64,000 nt of DNA from Eledone cirrhosa (GCA_964016885.1 OZ024752.1:8618001-8682000); one strand, 5' to 3'; counted from the stretch's first letter, positions 41,101-55,786 are shown. The notes: generated from the letters alone by a model not told the origin. Numbers and translations: made by a program.

Positions 41101-41800
41101 CCCATGTACACCATGTCCGGACACGGAAGAGGTTAACTCCCACTGTCATCCCCTCCATCTCTCTGTATGGTGAACAAGTGGGGTCCCACGTGCTGGCCTC
41201 CCCACAGCCCCGGCGGACAGAATGGAGAAAGTGTTTCCCCGGAGGATGGTAAGGGAGATGCGCTGGAAGAACCATTCCATCTCGCGAGGTTCACACCTGC
41301 GGCTGGCCAGCTCAGCGCCTTTGATGGTAAGTAGGGAGGTATCCCTAGGGCCAAGGACACCAGAACTCTCTGCTAGGGGCTCGACCGCGAACCTGTCGGA
41401 GAGCGACCGATACGAGGAGAGTTTACCCTCCTCAGCCCGAAGTGCAGCAGAATCTGGGTTAGTCACAGACTGCACCAGGTTGCGGCTGGAGAAAGTGTCG
41501 TTGCAAGTGGCATCCCAGGCGAAGGGTTTACCACCGCGGAACGGGAAGATGGTCATGCCCTCTGGCCTTTTGCCGTCCCCTCGGTCCATCCCCACCGGCT
41601 CTAGCTGAGCGGGGAAGCCTACGGCATCCTAACCATGCTTTATGACCTCGTTGAAGGCATCATGGCTTGGAGGTCGGCCGGCACTGTAGCGACAGGAAAG
41701 TGGGTGGAGGCCGAAAGAGTCCACGGTGGATCCGAAGCGACATTTGTGTGGCTCGCAGATCCGGGGGGCCAAGCCTCAGGGAAACCCCGATGCGCAGGCT
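41095..41800 (-). mobile_element. CRE-clade non-LTR retrotransposon 3' portion (REL endonuclease), between (GA)n and (TA)n
   Basis: ORF 41146..41595: RGDGKRPEGMTIFPFRGGKPFAWDATC..AEEGKLSSY..EPLAESSGVLG..FQRISLTILRGN. Confidence 0.85.
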
Positions 41801-41885
41801 ATCATTGGTCCATCTATATTTTTAGTAATATATATATATATATATATAGAAAGATTTGAATGGATACAGTTTAGTTGAAAGGAAT

Positions 41886-42002
41886 TTATTGACACGTGTT
41901 TCTATAACAGTTACATAACCTAAAACAGCTATCTACAAACTTTTAGTTATGCAGACATTCAATATTTCAATGTTATTATTTACTGTCATTTCATCAGAAT
42001 AA
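41886..42002 (-). ncRNA. Hammerhead ribozyme with ~88-nt branched stem II
   Basis: ttatt-CTGATGA-a.atgacagt...actgttat.a-GAAAC-acgt-GTC-aataa. Confidence 0.75.
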
Positions 42003-42034
42003 TATTACTGAGGACCTATTTAGTTTTTATAGAG

Positions 42035-42480
42035 AATATATAACAAAGGAAATGTGGTGAGGAATATATAACAAAGGAAATGTGGTGAGGAACCAGATGG
42101 ACCATAACGCACCAGAGTACTCAATACTTAGAGTAGTAGAGTGGGAAATAGGAAAAAGTATGACCCCGACGGCAGAGCTCAAACCGTTTCGACGGCTATT
42201 TCTGGTTCAGAAATAGCCGTCGAAACGGCTTGAGCTCTGCCGTCGGGGTCATACTTTTTCCTATATATATATATATATATAAGAAAAGAGTCAGGACCCC
42301 GACGGCTGAACTCCGGCCGTTTCGACAGCTAGACTGCTGGCTTAGTTCGGATCTAGCTGTGGAAACGGCCGGAGCTCAGCCGTCGGGGTCCTGACTCTTT
42401 TCCTATTACCCACTCTACTACCCTAAGTATTGATACTCTGGTGGGTGATGATCTACCTGGTATCTTACCACACCTTCTTT
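42035..42480. mobile_element. Two F1 fold-back elements separated by (TA)n (palindromes 42148-42263 and 42283-42402)
   Basis: GACGGCTATTTCTG/CAGAAATAGCCGTC-GAAAC..GTC and CAGCTAGA/TCTAGCTG-TG-GAAAC..GTC. Confidence 0.75.
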
Positions 42481-42619
42481 GTATATATTTGTGTGTGTGA
42501 GTGTGTGTGTATGTGTGTGTATGACATTTGAGTCGAACCACGTGACATGTGAGTCGCGCCATGTGTCGAAGAGGGTCAGTTAGACAGTTGTAGACAAAAG
42601 CAAACAAGGAGAAAGAGAG

Positions 42620-43415
42620 AGAGAGAGGGGGGGGGAATGAGGTGCAACAGAAATGAAACATGGATTGCAGGTTAAAATATAGTCTAGATAGATGTGAAAC
42701 AAAACGAGGATGTAGTTTATGGAATACCCAAATTATTTAGAAGTCGACCTTAAGTAGGAGCAATAACATTAAGAAAGGCATAAACGACACCACAACACTT
42801 TGTTTTGAAAATTTTGAAAGTAGTTTTATAAGTGTGAATTTTCATAAGGTTTTCGTAGATGTCTCTGTGGCCTAGCGGTAGGTACTAGAGACGGTGGAGT
42901 TCCTTGCCTTGGGTTCAATCCTGGTCAAGAGGTACATGTAACCATTTTCAGTTTTTATTTTACAACCCATAGAAAAAAAAACTGAAAAGGTTTACTGGGA
43001 ACCCTACTCCCGACCAGGATCGAACTTCAGACCGGGTTCACCACCGTCTATGATCCCGCCAACTAGGCTACCGAGACGGCGACTAGAGTATAATGAAAAT
43101 TGATAATTATAAACCTATTTTCAAAATCAAAGTTAAGAAGGTGTGGTGTCGTTCATGGCTTTCCTAGAGCTATTAGTAATATTTAGGGTCGACTTCTGGT
43201 CATTATTAAAAGTCTCTGGATTTCGCAAAATACATATTTTTTAGTGGAGAAGGTAAGATATTTTTCCGCAAAAATTTGATTGCACTGTTTCGTTTCCACT
43301 TATGTATTTTTCGAAAATATTATTTATTCATTATAAAAATTAAATGGTAACATTCTATATCTAGGTGGGCCCCCTTCTCCTGGCACCAATATTTTTAGAC
43401 CCAGTCCGCCACTGC
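42620..43415. mobile_element. Second copy of the tRNA-palindrome composite repeat
   Basis: Homologous to 30665-31425. Confidence 0.75.
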
Positions 43416-44418
43416 CTGTATGTATAACTTTTCAATTCCAATTACTTGCGCAAAGCTAACTTTGACTTGGAAAAATTGTGAGTTTGCTGTGTATTTTAAT
43501 TTTTTGAGTATGAGGGGGGCCCCCAAACATAAAGTGCCCCCCCCCCCATGTCTAAATCAAATCCTGTTCCCACCCAGAATGTCGTCTTCTGGAATTCCCT
43601 TCCATATCATGTCTTTCCAAAGGAATTGGATTGTAACACAATAAGAGGCATATTAACAGCCTCGAAGATTCCAGTCTCAGAGAACCCGTCAACCTCATGG
43701 TCACTGCTTCTCTCTCAGGAGACCTACCAAGAAAAATGACCCTAAACGCCACACAACTTTCTTGGCTTCACAACAACAACAACAACAACAAACCCACCAA
43801 ACTTTCTAGTGTTGACATGATATTTCTCTAACATTAATACCCACGGAAACGTACATTATGAGTTGGGCGACAACTAAACGACTTCCATTGAACATATGTG
43901 CAAAGATCGTAAAGAGAATATTACTTCTGCTCCAAGCTGACACGTTCGCAAGTGTGACTGTAATCAACCGATGAAAATTGGTTTGAAACTGTTAACACCA
44001 AACGCAACCAAGCTTAAAACCAAAAAAGAACCAACATACTAAACAGAAAACGATGCTGTTTGCTTTCCAGCCTTTCCCTTCCTCCTTTTTTAAAAAATAC
44101 TTTAACAATGACAGTGAGTAAAATGGGAAAAGAAAGGGTGTTAGGGTGTGTAAAAGAAGATCTGTAAGCAGACGGAATGTCCCTGACACCAAGTTAGAAC
44201 CGTATGTTGTTGAGGCTGACACCAAACGTCTGAATGAAGATGCATGTTTATTTAGTAACTCGTCTAAGACCTGCTAGGGAACGAACGTTGATGTTCATTA
44301 TCAGCTTGACTAGTAGACATGAGGAAGGGAAGATGAAGGTTTAACTTAACGTCTTCTTCATTGGTATTTTATCTTAAGGTGAATGATAACGATGATCTTT
44401 TTACTGGCAGTTGTTGCT

Positions 44419-44525
<107 letters not shown>

Positions 44526-44810
44526 AAGGAACGATCGACCTTCGTCAAATCGGACCGAGGAAACAATGTTTCCATTGGTCTTTCCAATTGCTAATACTAT
44601 CTATCGGTCGCAACTCCAGGCAGAAGGAGCAACGTGAAATAAAGCGTCTTGCTCAAGGATATAACACATCGCCCGGTCTGGGAATCGAACTCACAGCCTC
44701 ACGATTGCGAATCCAATTCTCTAACCACTCTCTCGCTAATTTACACTTACCTACCCCAAAACCAGTGTCTTGCAATGTACAGTGTAGAAAATCGTTAATG
44801 TATGTATGCA

Positions 44811-44841
<31 letters not shown>

Positions 44842-44899
44842 ATGTATGTATGTAATGTGTGTATGTATATATGTATGTAATGTGTGTATGTATGTATGT

Positions 44900-45300
44900 A
44901 TGATCTGGAGATCTCTCTGCACTTGTCGTCACATGGTACCATGGGCCCAGCACTGTGTGTCAATAATTGTCATAAGTGTAGTGTTTGTACCAGAGTTGTC
45001 AAGTCACTGGCTGGACTAAAAAGTCACACTCGTTCAGCGTATCGGTAGGGGTTTCTCCTACATGGATATAAAGTAGTGGCCATACTCGAAAACGAGTTGG
45101 CAGCCACCATGTATGTGCTACTGGTAACATGTAACCCAGTATAACCTGTCGCATGGTCGGGTCGTCGGCGACTAAACCGGCAACCCCACCGAGTTTACTT
45201 GGTGAGGAAGGTGATTTTGGACACCCTGCAGGACAAAAAACAAAACCTGACAAAGGGCGGAAGAACTTATAAGAGTCAACGGCCATCCGAAAGTGTATAA
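44900..45300 (-). mobile_element. Dispersed repeat of unclassified type, also at 63797-64000 (+)
   Basis: GGTGGCTGCCAACTCGTTTTCGAG...GTGCAGAGAGATCTCCAG is shared in opposite orientation. Confidence 0.7.
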
Positions 45301-46069
45301 ATATGTATATATACATGTACATATGTATGTATATGTATATGTGCGTATGTGTATGTGTATGTATATGTACATGGGTGTATGTGTATGTATATGCGCGGGG
45401 ACATAGAAAAAGTCGGGCTGGACACTCGATCGCGCGGTTAAACCACTGGGAGTGAAGGACCCCTAGCCTTTGTCAGGGCTTTCTTCTAGGAGAAGGCAAC
45501 TCAGGAAACTGGGATAACTCCCATATAAAACCTGCGGCTCAGTAGTTACCGACGATGTTGATCTTTTCTTCTTTTCGGGTTATAGCTACTGTCGCTCAGA
45601 GAGTGGGATTGGCTCAGTGCACAGTATTTCCTCACTTTAAAAAAATCTTCACGTACAGGCATTGCACGATAGAATTAATTAATAATTATTAATAATGGTA
45701 TATCGTGCATTGGCCATACTCGATAACGAGGAGGCAGCCATGATGTATGTATGTATGTATTTATATATAGGTATGTATATATGTTTATATACATGTATAT
45801 TACATAACTATTAAGCTCTGTAACCTACATAGAGCACTCTTTTTTCCTGGACCTTTCCGACGGAATTACTACATTCATACATATATATATATATATACGG
45901 GGTAACAAATTATTGTTATATGTAGTCCACTTAGGTGTAGTCCAGTTATGGTACTCCGGGTAGTGGATGATATCAACGCTTGGCTAAGTTTGACTCAACA
46001 AGGCGTTTCCATAGTGATGCTGCGAGTACACTGTAATTCCTATGTTGTAAACACTTGGAGTAATAATAA

Positions 46070-46257
<188 letters not shown>

Positions 46258-46821
46258 TATATATTAGATAGTGGGTGACGTAAATTGTAGAACACTCACA
46301 TAACATTATAAAGATATGTTTATATAAGAGTATTGAGTCGTTTTGTGGACTCTTTCATTAATAACGTATAGCGTTTTGTTTCTGTCTTTCTCACACACAC
46401 GGGACCCCCCACGCACACACACACACACACTTACACACACACACACACGCGGGACTCCCACACTTACACACACACACATACGTGAGACCCTAACCCCACA
46501 CATAAACAAACAGACACACACACACATGGGACCCCCACGCACACATACACACACACACACACACGTGGGAACCCCCCACATACACACACACACACTCTCT
46601 TAAATTCACACCACACGTGTAAATAACCAAATTAAAGAAACTAATAATAACTAAAGTAATACACTGATTTAAAAAATAAAAAAAGCAGCTTCTGCTGCAG
46701 AGTTTCTCAGTTTAGTTGGTGACACTAATCCCAATGCTAAGTCTTTATATCGTGTTAGTGGCGACTGTCGTAGAGGACGACATATTTTCTTAATTATATC
46801 TAGTATCTCAGTTATCCTTAT

Positions 46822-47505
46822 TTTGGACAGAGTTGTCAATGGTTACAGTTACATATATTGTTGTTGTTGTTGTTAGACCCAGATCTGTTCTGGTCAAGGT
46901 CTTTGGACAGAGTTGTCAACGGTTACAGTTACATATATTGTTGTTGTTGTTAGACCCAGATCTGTTCTGGTCAAGGTCTTTGGACAGAGTTATCAATGGT
47001 TACAGTTACATATATTGTTGTTGTTGCTGTTAGACCCAGATCTGTTCTGATCAAGGTCTTTGGACAGAGTTGTCAATGGTTACAGTTACATATATTGTTG
47101 TTGTTATTGTTAGACCCAGATCTGTTCTGATCAAGGTCTTTGGACAGAGTTGTCAGTGGTTACAGTTACATATATTGTTGTTGTTATTGTTAGACCCAGA
47201 TCTGTTCTGATCAAGGTCTTTGGACAGAGTTGTCAATGGTTACAGTTACATATATTGTTGTTGTTATTGTTAGACCCAGATCTGTTCTGGTCAAGGTCTT
47301 TGGACAGAGTTGTCAATGGTTAGTTACATATATTGTTGTTGTTGTTAGACCCAGATCTGTTCTGATCAAGGCCTTTGGACAGAGTTGTCAATGGTTACAG
47401 TTACATATATTGTTGTTGTTGTTGTTAGACCCAGATCTGTTCTGGTCAAGGTTACAGTTACATATATTGTTGTTAGTTAGACTCACACCTCTTCTGACCA
47501 AGGTC
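46822..47505. repeat. ~77-80-bp minisatellite containing (TTG)n
   Basis: Unit TTTGGACAGAGTTGTCAATGGTTACAG...AGATCTGTTCTGGTCAAGGTC. Confidence 0.93.
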
Positions 47506-47574
47506 TTCAAGATAGAGACGCCAATGTTTACACTTACATCTATTTTAAGTTAATAGAGTGTGAAACTCAGAGAT

Positions 47575-47850
47575 GAGAGAGTCACTCCAGGTAGAGCTGC
47601 TACTTCTCTGAATTGAGAGATCACAGCTCTGATACTATGGGCGGTTAGAATATCTCAGGAAAGAAACGCTGGACAGATTTTACGAGCAAAATCAACTGGT
47701 AGGAGACCCAGGAGTAGATCCCGAGCAAGATAGTTGGATAACATCCATGAGCTCGCTTGGAGATCCGGCTGGATCAATTGGAGACGGATGCTTCTGACAG
47801 AACCCTCTGGAAGGCATGTTTGAGGACTCTGCCAAGAAGAAGAAGAAAAA
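47575..47850 (+). mobile_element. RTE LINE 3' fragment
   Basis: Homologous to 2950-3390. Confidence 0.7.
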
Positions 47851-48229
47851 GAAATAGCAGTGCTGTGTTCTTTCGGGGAATGAACGATGTTGTTTTTCCT
47901 TTAGAAATTACTTATACATGTTTATAGACAGTTTATATTCGAAATAATTTCAAATAATTTATTCCCTCCTCCATTATTGTTACTTACAGTAACTACTCTC
48001 CCATCATATCACTACCGCCATATTACCATCACCACAAGCCCCCCCCCCCCCACAATATTACTAGTAACTACCCCCCACCTATATTTCTATCACAAACACC
48101 CATACTTTTCTACATGAACAATATTACAGCCTGGCATCAAACTAAAACCTTTAATCGTTCAAGTAAATGTTGTCATTTCACCCCTTTCTGTTTTCATAGA
48201 AAACAACTTTGTGGTAGAAGTCAACACAT

Positions 48230-48512
48230 GCTTATTGTCCCACTCCACACCACAATTCCTGGTTATTGTGTCACTCCACACACCACACAACTACCACAAC
48301 CAATTCCTGGTTATTGCCTCACTCCACACCACACAACTACCACAACCAATTCCTGGTTATTGTCTCACTCCACACCACACAACTACCACAACCAATTCCT
48401 GGTTATTGTCTCACTCCACACCACACAACTACCACAACCAATTCCTGGTTATTGTCTCACTCTACACCACACAACTACCACAACCAATTCCTGGTTATTG
48501 TCTCACTCCTCA
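48230..48512. repeat. 46-bp minisatellite, followed directly by SINE B (48512-48720)
   Basis: CAATTCCTGGTTATTGTCTCACTCCACACCACACAACTACCACAAC. Confidence 0.9.
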
Positions 48513-49294
48513 ATTGGCAGTATCGGTAGAGGGTCGGACGCCATACTTTGCAGTATAGACGTTATGGCACTTGCCATTCTGAGTTCAAATCCCGCCGAGG
48601 TTAACTTTGCCTTTCATCCTTACGGGGTCGATGAAATAAAGTACCAGTCACGGACTGGGGTAGATTTAACCGACTTTCCCTTCCCCCAAAATTGCTGGCC
48701 TTGTGCCTATATTAGAAACCCTCGTTTCGCTCCACACTGAACACAACTTTTATGTTTATCTATATAATATTTTCATTACTTTATAAACATCGTAGATTTC
48801 ACAGAAACATGTCAAAATCTCACACAGACTCACACAGAAACATGTCAAAATCTCACACAGAAGCATACAAACACATACATACAGGTATACATATATACAC
48901 ATATATATACCTACACAGACACAAAAATAATCATACAGACACATAAATACATACACACACACACACACAACACATACAGACACACAAATACACACACAGA
49001 CACAAAAAACACACACACACACACAAACACACACACAGACACTGAAACGCACTGAAACACACAACCACACACAGACACATAAACACACAGACTAAGAAAA
49101 TATAATTAAAATTAAAGCTAAAACTAAAGAAAGTAACAGTAAAAACCAGACGAAAAGAAACGACACGAAACGAAAGCCTTTCTTTCCATTTCCTAATTTC
49201 TGATATATTTTCTCTCCCAACGCCTCGCACCAGACGATAAGATGGAGAATTTTACAAATTAGTAACAGAACGGATCTGCCCAGTGTGTGGTGTG

Positions 49295-49325
<31 letters not shown>

Positions 49326-50613
49326 TATTTAGATATATATATATATTTATACACACACACACACAAAACATATATATATATATACATTTATACACACACA
49401 CATATATATATATATATACACTTATGCACACGCACACTCACACATATATATACACTTATACACGCACACACATATATATATACACGCACACACACACACA
49501 CACACATATATATATACACTTATACACACACACATATATACACTTATATACGCACACACACACACATATATATATATATATACCCACGTACATATAATGA
49601 CGTTCATCCTGATAAGAGTTATTGTGCTCCAGTTCACACGTCATCTCATATTTATATGTTCCTCAAACGACCCAACTTCTCCAACAGAAACCGCTTAACG
49701 CTTTTGTGTGTGGCCTTAGTCCTGTATTTCATTGCTCTTTGCCAGACAGATTTATGGAACACCCCCTCTCTGTGTCTCTCTCTCTTTTTCTTTCTCCCCC
49801 TCCCCCTCTCTCTCTGCCCCCTCTCTCTGCCCCCCCCCCCCCCCATCTCTCTGTGGCCCCCCCCCCTCTCTCTCGTTTCCCTACCCGTTGGTCAGTTTTT
49901 TTTTCCATTCGTTCTTTTTTTCGTGGGGGTTCTCCGCCGAAATAAATATTTACATTATTACATGTAGCGTCTGCTAACGATAGCGTGTGAAGTTCCAAGT
50001 TTTTTTTTTTTTTGTGTGTGTGTGTGTGTGTGTGTGTCTGTGTGTATATATATATGTCTGTCTGCGTGGGTGTGTGTGTGTGTGTGTGTGTGTGTGTAAG
50101 CGTGCGTATATGTGCGTATGTGTGTGTAAGTATATGTATGAATGTATGTGTGTGCAACTCCACTGGAAGGGTTGCACTCATACACAAACATAGTTTTTGT
50201 TGCTGTTGTTGTTATTGTTATTATTGTTATTGTTACTGTTATTGTTGTTGTTGTTTAGTTCCAGCCAGTCCTGTTTAAGCAGAGTTCAATAAGTTCAATT
50301 GCCGTGAGGAATGTATGTATGGTCCCGTACCTCCTGAGAGAGTCGCAGGGGCGCCATATCGACATACGGCGTTTCTAGGGCATTTTTTAAGCCTGGTGGA
50401 GCCCATTCCTCTCCAGGCCTGAGTACAGCAGATTTCTTCCAGAGAAAGATAGAAAGAGAGAGGGAGGAAATGAGAAAGAGATATAGAGGAAGAATCGACC
50501 CCAGTACAAGACTGGTACTTTTTTTTTTATCAACCTTGAAAGGATGAAAGACAAAGTTGACCTCGGCGGGATTTGAACTCAGAAAGCAGACAACCGGAAC
50601 GAATACTATAAAG

Positions 50614-51155
50614 CAGAGATTCTCAAACGTTTTAGCCCCCCTCCCCCTCACGACCACGTAATACCCTCAGCGCCCCCACCCCTATTTCCAGAGAGACCTG
50701 ACAACATGCAAATTGTAAATAATATATAATAAATTAATTTATATATAATGAATAAATATTATATATTTTTTATTTTATTATATTTAGTGGATTGGCAGTA
50801 TCGGTAGAAGGTCGGACGCCATGCTTTGACGCATAGAGTTACGGCCCTTTATGATCTGAGTTCAAATCCCGCCGAGGTTAACTTTGCCTTACGGGGTCGA
50901 TAAGATAAAGTACCAGTAATGCACTGGGGTCGATTTAATCGACTTTCTCCTCCCCAAAATTGCTGGTCTTGTGTCTATATAAGAAACCAATATATTTATA
51001 TATAATATTTATCATTTTTTATTTAATAAACTATATATTATGTAAACCACCCCACTCCCTTATGCCCCAGCGCCCCCTTAGGCCCCAGCGCCTCTTGGAC
51101 ATTCTCAATGCCCCCCTCCCGCCGGGGGCGGTAGTACCCACTTTGTGAACCTCTG
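50614..51155. mobile_element. hAT-like MITE with nested SINE B (50787-50990)
   Basis: CAGAGATTCTCAAA...TTTGTGAACCTCTG ends. Confidence 0.6.
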
Positions 51156-51654
51156 GTCTAGATTGTGTAGTAGAAAATGCAGGATTAGTAATTTTGTTAG
51201 AGTTATCAGAACAAGAAGTGTCAAAAGTTAAGTACGTCAGCCGTCAGCTTACCAAACTGTAAGGTGGAATTATTAGTTGCGAGGACGGTGGTGTGTGACT
51301 GGGAGAAAGGGGTACACATTTTAGTGCCGGCTTTAGCTACAATGAATTAAACAAAGTCTACGTACAATCTGGCAGAACCACAAACCTAAGAGAAACTTAG
51401 CATAGGGTACTTTCTATATCCATTACGAAAACACTTTAATCGAGATTAATACCCAAAGCTTAAAAGTTACTTCTGATATTGATACTACTTGCATCTCACA
51501 GCCATACTTTACATTTAAGGATCATAAAGCTAAATTTAAATATTAAATTAATCAACTTCATTAAAACTGGTATAGGAATTATTAACAAAAACTTAAGAAA
51601 GTATCACCCCTGCCTTATTTATATGGTAAGGGTAATATATATGTGTGTGTGTGC

Positions 51655-51705
<51 letters not shown>

Positions 51706-51712
51706 TATATAC

Positions 51713-51746
<34 letters not shown>

Positions 51747-51818
51747 GTGTATATATATAACTGTATCTGGCAGGATTTCTACGGCTGGATGCTCTTCCTA
51801 ACACCAACCTCATTTACA

Positions 51819-51858
<40 letters not shown>

Positions 51859-51896
51859 AGGAGGTTATAGTTCACTTGAAGCATTGTGTAATAAGG

Positions 51897-52146
51897 TATA
51901 AACGTTTGTATATGTATAATAAAGCCAAAACAATGCAGGTATGGACATAGAATAAAGAATGCAAATGCAAAAGATATTGTTGACAATTAGTCTTTTACCT
52001 TAGATTTATTAGATTAATTTCGAGGACATTTAAATAAATCTAAGGTAAAAGACTAATTGTCAACAATATCTTTTGCATTTGCATTCTTTATTCTATGTCC
52101 ATACTTGCATTGTTTTGGCTTTATTATACATATACAAACGTTTATA
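51897..52146. repeat. TA-flanked fold-back (~110-bp arms); loop holds an HHR 3' half on the minus strand
   Basis: Near-perfect arms; 52012-52021 reverse complement is GAAA-TTAA-TC. Confidence 0.8.
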
Positions 52147-52425
52147 TATATATATATATATACGGGGTAACAAATTGTTGTTATAGGTAGTCCACTTATT
52201 GACTGGTTATAACTTTGTATTGGTGATCGAATAACGTGAAAATAAGCGGGTAGCGATTTCTAGACCTACCAGTTCAGAGAATATGTATATTTGATACCAT
52301 CTATCTTCTTTTTTATAATATTTTCCAAGAGATGTCAACATGAATGGAGCTGTTATTTTTATCTAAAGAAATTTTTTCCAATTCCATCCCGCCCGTCCCT
52401 TCAATCTATCTTATTTATCATTCTT

Positions 52426-52461
52426 TCTTCTGATGAAGGACTAGCGACCGAAACGTTAAGA
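52426..52461 (+). ncRNA. Minimal hammerhead ribozyme (family H1)
   Basis: tctt-CTGATGA-aggactagcgacc-GAAAC-GTT-aaga. Confidence 0.7.
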
Positions 52462-53189
52462 TCCTCTTCCTGCTATATCAAGCGCTAACCTAATATATCC
52501 CTTCTATATACTGTATCGATTGTGTTGTTATTTCTGTGTTGTTATACCGTTATAGAATGGTTCAAATCCATCTACTATAACAATTTAATTAAATCCACAG
52601 CTAAATAGAAAATATTACTATACTTCTAATACCAAACCACTATTTATTAACGCCTTAAATTTCGCTAAAGAAGTCAATACTATCACAAATAGATATTATT
52701 CTACGCGTGGGTAAAATCATAGTGAACTATAATCATTCTGAATTTAAAAACAACAAAAATCAGCCTAGCATCTCTTTCTATTATAGCAGACCTATCAACT
52801 CTGTCCGTCCAACGGGGAGATCTCCCATCCACTTTGGGGTGGATGAGAGATGTTTTCTCTTGTGAAAATGGGTATAGATTTCATTATGTAAAATCTCCCT
52901 ATTTTTGCCTCATTTCTCCCCGTTTTGGGGCACTTCTTTTCATGGTACTCCCCATTTGGGTTTTTAGAGGTTCACAGATATGTTATGGATCCAAACGTTT
53001 TTGCTGAAATTAGGGATCTCATAGGATTATATTTGTTATCTAATTTACAAAAGCCCGTCCTACATATTCGATTTAACAATAAGTCTGCTGAATATAATCA
53101 TTTTTATGCTTAGCAGAATCAATATGAAAAATCCTTTTGAATCCATTTATGACCATATTTTCGTAAGTCTCTCTACTTTGATTTTGGTT

Positions 53190-53627
53190 TTGATGTTATC
53201 AAGCCATGATCGAGATACGATCGAAAAAATGATGTTATCAAGCCATGGTCGAGATACGATCGAAAAAATGATATTATCAAGCCATGGTTGAGATACGATC
53301 GAAAAACTGATATTATCAAGCCATGATCGAGATACGATCGAAAAAAATGATGTTATCAAGCCATGATCGAGATACGATCGAAAAAAAATGATGTTATCAA
53401 GCCATGATCGACGAGATACGATCGAAAACATGATGTTATCAAGCCATGATCGAGATACGATCGAAAGAATGATGTTATCAAGCCATGATCGAGATACGAT
53501 CGAAAAAATGATGTTATCAAGCCATGGTCGAGATACGATCGAAAAAATGATGTTATCAAGCCATGGTTGAGATACGATCGAAAAACTGATATTATCAAGC
53601 CATGATCGAGATACGATTGAAAAAAAT
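53190..53627. repeat. ~39-bp minisatellite with internal hairpin GATCG-AGATA-CGATC
   Basis: About 11 copies of TGATGTTATCAAGCCATGATCGAGATACGATCGAAAAAA. Confidence 0.93.
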
Positions 53628-54049
53628 GTTTTCTTCTTTACTTATTTTTATTACACTGAAATAAAGTACCAGTAATGTACTGCGTCGATTTAATCGACTT
53701 CCCTCCGCCTTCAAATTGTTGCACTGTGCCTAAATCAGAAACCATTATTGGCAGTATCGGTAGAAGGTCAGACGCCATGCTTTACAGCATAGAGTCCTTT
53801 ACAGCATACAGCCCTTTATGGGATTATGAGTTATAGTTAAACCATTATTATGAAATCCCGCTGAGGTTAACTTTGTCTTTCATCCTTACAGGGTCGATAA
53901 AATAAAGTACCAGTCACGCACTGGGGTCGATTCAATCGACTTCTCCCCGCCTTCAAATTGTTGGCCTTGTGCGTAAATCAGGAACCATTATTTAAATTAT
54001 ACAGATTTAATTGCTCACCAGCATCCAGAGTTGACACTGCACCCAGTGC

Positions 54050-54235
54050 TCCCGTGGGAGCCCTGCATGGACACACTGGAAGAGGAAGACCGAGGTTAAC
54101 ATATGTTGATGCCCTGAGGACAGACACTGGTCTGTTGGAGACGTAGGACATGGCAGCGATAATGAGGGACAGAGACCGCTGGAGAGAACTCGTCCATGGA
54201 TCTCGGGAATTTTACCCGCCCTAGATAGATAGATT
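54050..54235 (+). mobile_element. RTE-type LINE 3' fragment
   Basis: HGHTGRGRPRLTYVDALRTDTGL..M.DRDRWR followed by (TAGA)n tail. Confidence 0.6.
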
Positions 54236-55628
54236 TAATTGCCAGGTTTCTGAATGAAGTCAATTTACTGTCCGTAAGTTCACTGCTTATGTTAGAGGAA
54301 ATACATGAACACCACAACATCTCATTTCTAATTATATTTACAATATAATACAAGTAAATATTTGATCTTGACCTTATGTACAACACATTTTTGTTTTACT
54401 TAATAAAAATAATTGTTTCTACTTATGGCACAAGGCCAGCAATATACCAGTGTATTACTGGTACTTTATTTTATCGACCCCGTAAGGATGAAAGGCAAAG
54501 TTAACCTCGGCGGGATTTGAACTCAGACCATAAAGGGCCGTAACTCTTTGCTGCAAAGCATGGCATCAGACCCTCAACCGATACTGCCAATCCACCGCCC
54601 CTAATAAAAATAATACAAATTATTTCAAAAGTTCTCCCAGAGACTTTCATACTTAAGTACATATACTGACATAGTCATAGACACACGCTTAATGTGTACA
54701 TATAGAATGCAGACAGCATACACACATACACAAAGAAAAGACATCTATAGACATGTCTAAAGTCTGTTTTAAGCCAGAAGGCTCATTTGGCCGGTGCTTA
54801 TCCCGGTTTCATCGCAGGGTTAAACATCCAGCTATTGCTGGTACTCATTTTCAGCTGAGTAAACTGGAGCAACGTGAGATAAAGTGTCTTGCTCAAGGAA
54901 ACAACACATCACACGGTCTGAGAATTGAACTCACAGCCTTTCGATTGCAAGCCTGCTGCTCTAACCACTAAGCCATGCGCCTTCACATGAAACTTACACA
55001 TATATACACGAAACATACACATATAGATATACATATACATACACACACACACACACATATATATATATACATATACACACATATATATTTATATAGGATC
55101 GATCAACTTTCGTCAAATCAAACCGAGGAAACAATGTTCCCATTGGTCTTTCTAGTTGCTAAAACTATCTATCGGTCACAACTCCACGTAGAAGGAGCAA
55201 CGTGAAATAAAGTGTCTTGCTCAAGGACATAACGCATCGCTCGGTCCAGGAATCGAACTCACAACCTCACGATTGCTAATCCAATTCTCTAATCACTCAG
55301 CCACACGCCTTCACACATACACATATATACATATACATACACATATACACACATATACATACACATATATACAGTTGTTCAGATGCAGGTGTTCGACACC
55401 CGTAATTACCTATATTAAATAGCAGATTACACCAACCAAGTTGTACCCTGACACCCTGCTACCAAATATTCACATAAGTGTTTATGATAAGGATTCACAC
55501 TCATCCCAGATACTTATGCACGCATCTCTAAGTAGGTGCATTCTCTCTACAAATATTTCCTACATACCTTTATATATATATATATTATATATATACACAT
55601 ATATATATATATATGCATATATATATAT

Positions 55629-55703
<75 letters not shown>

Positions 55704-55786
55704 ATATATATATGTATGTATATATATATATGTATGTATATATATATATGTATGTATATATATATGTATGTATATATATATATTAT

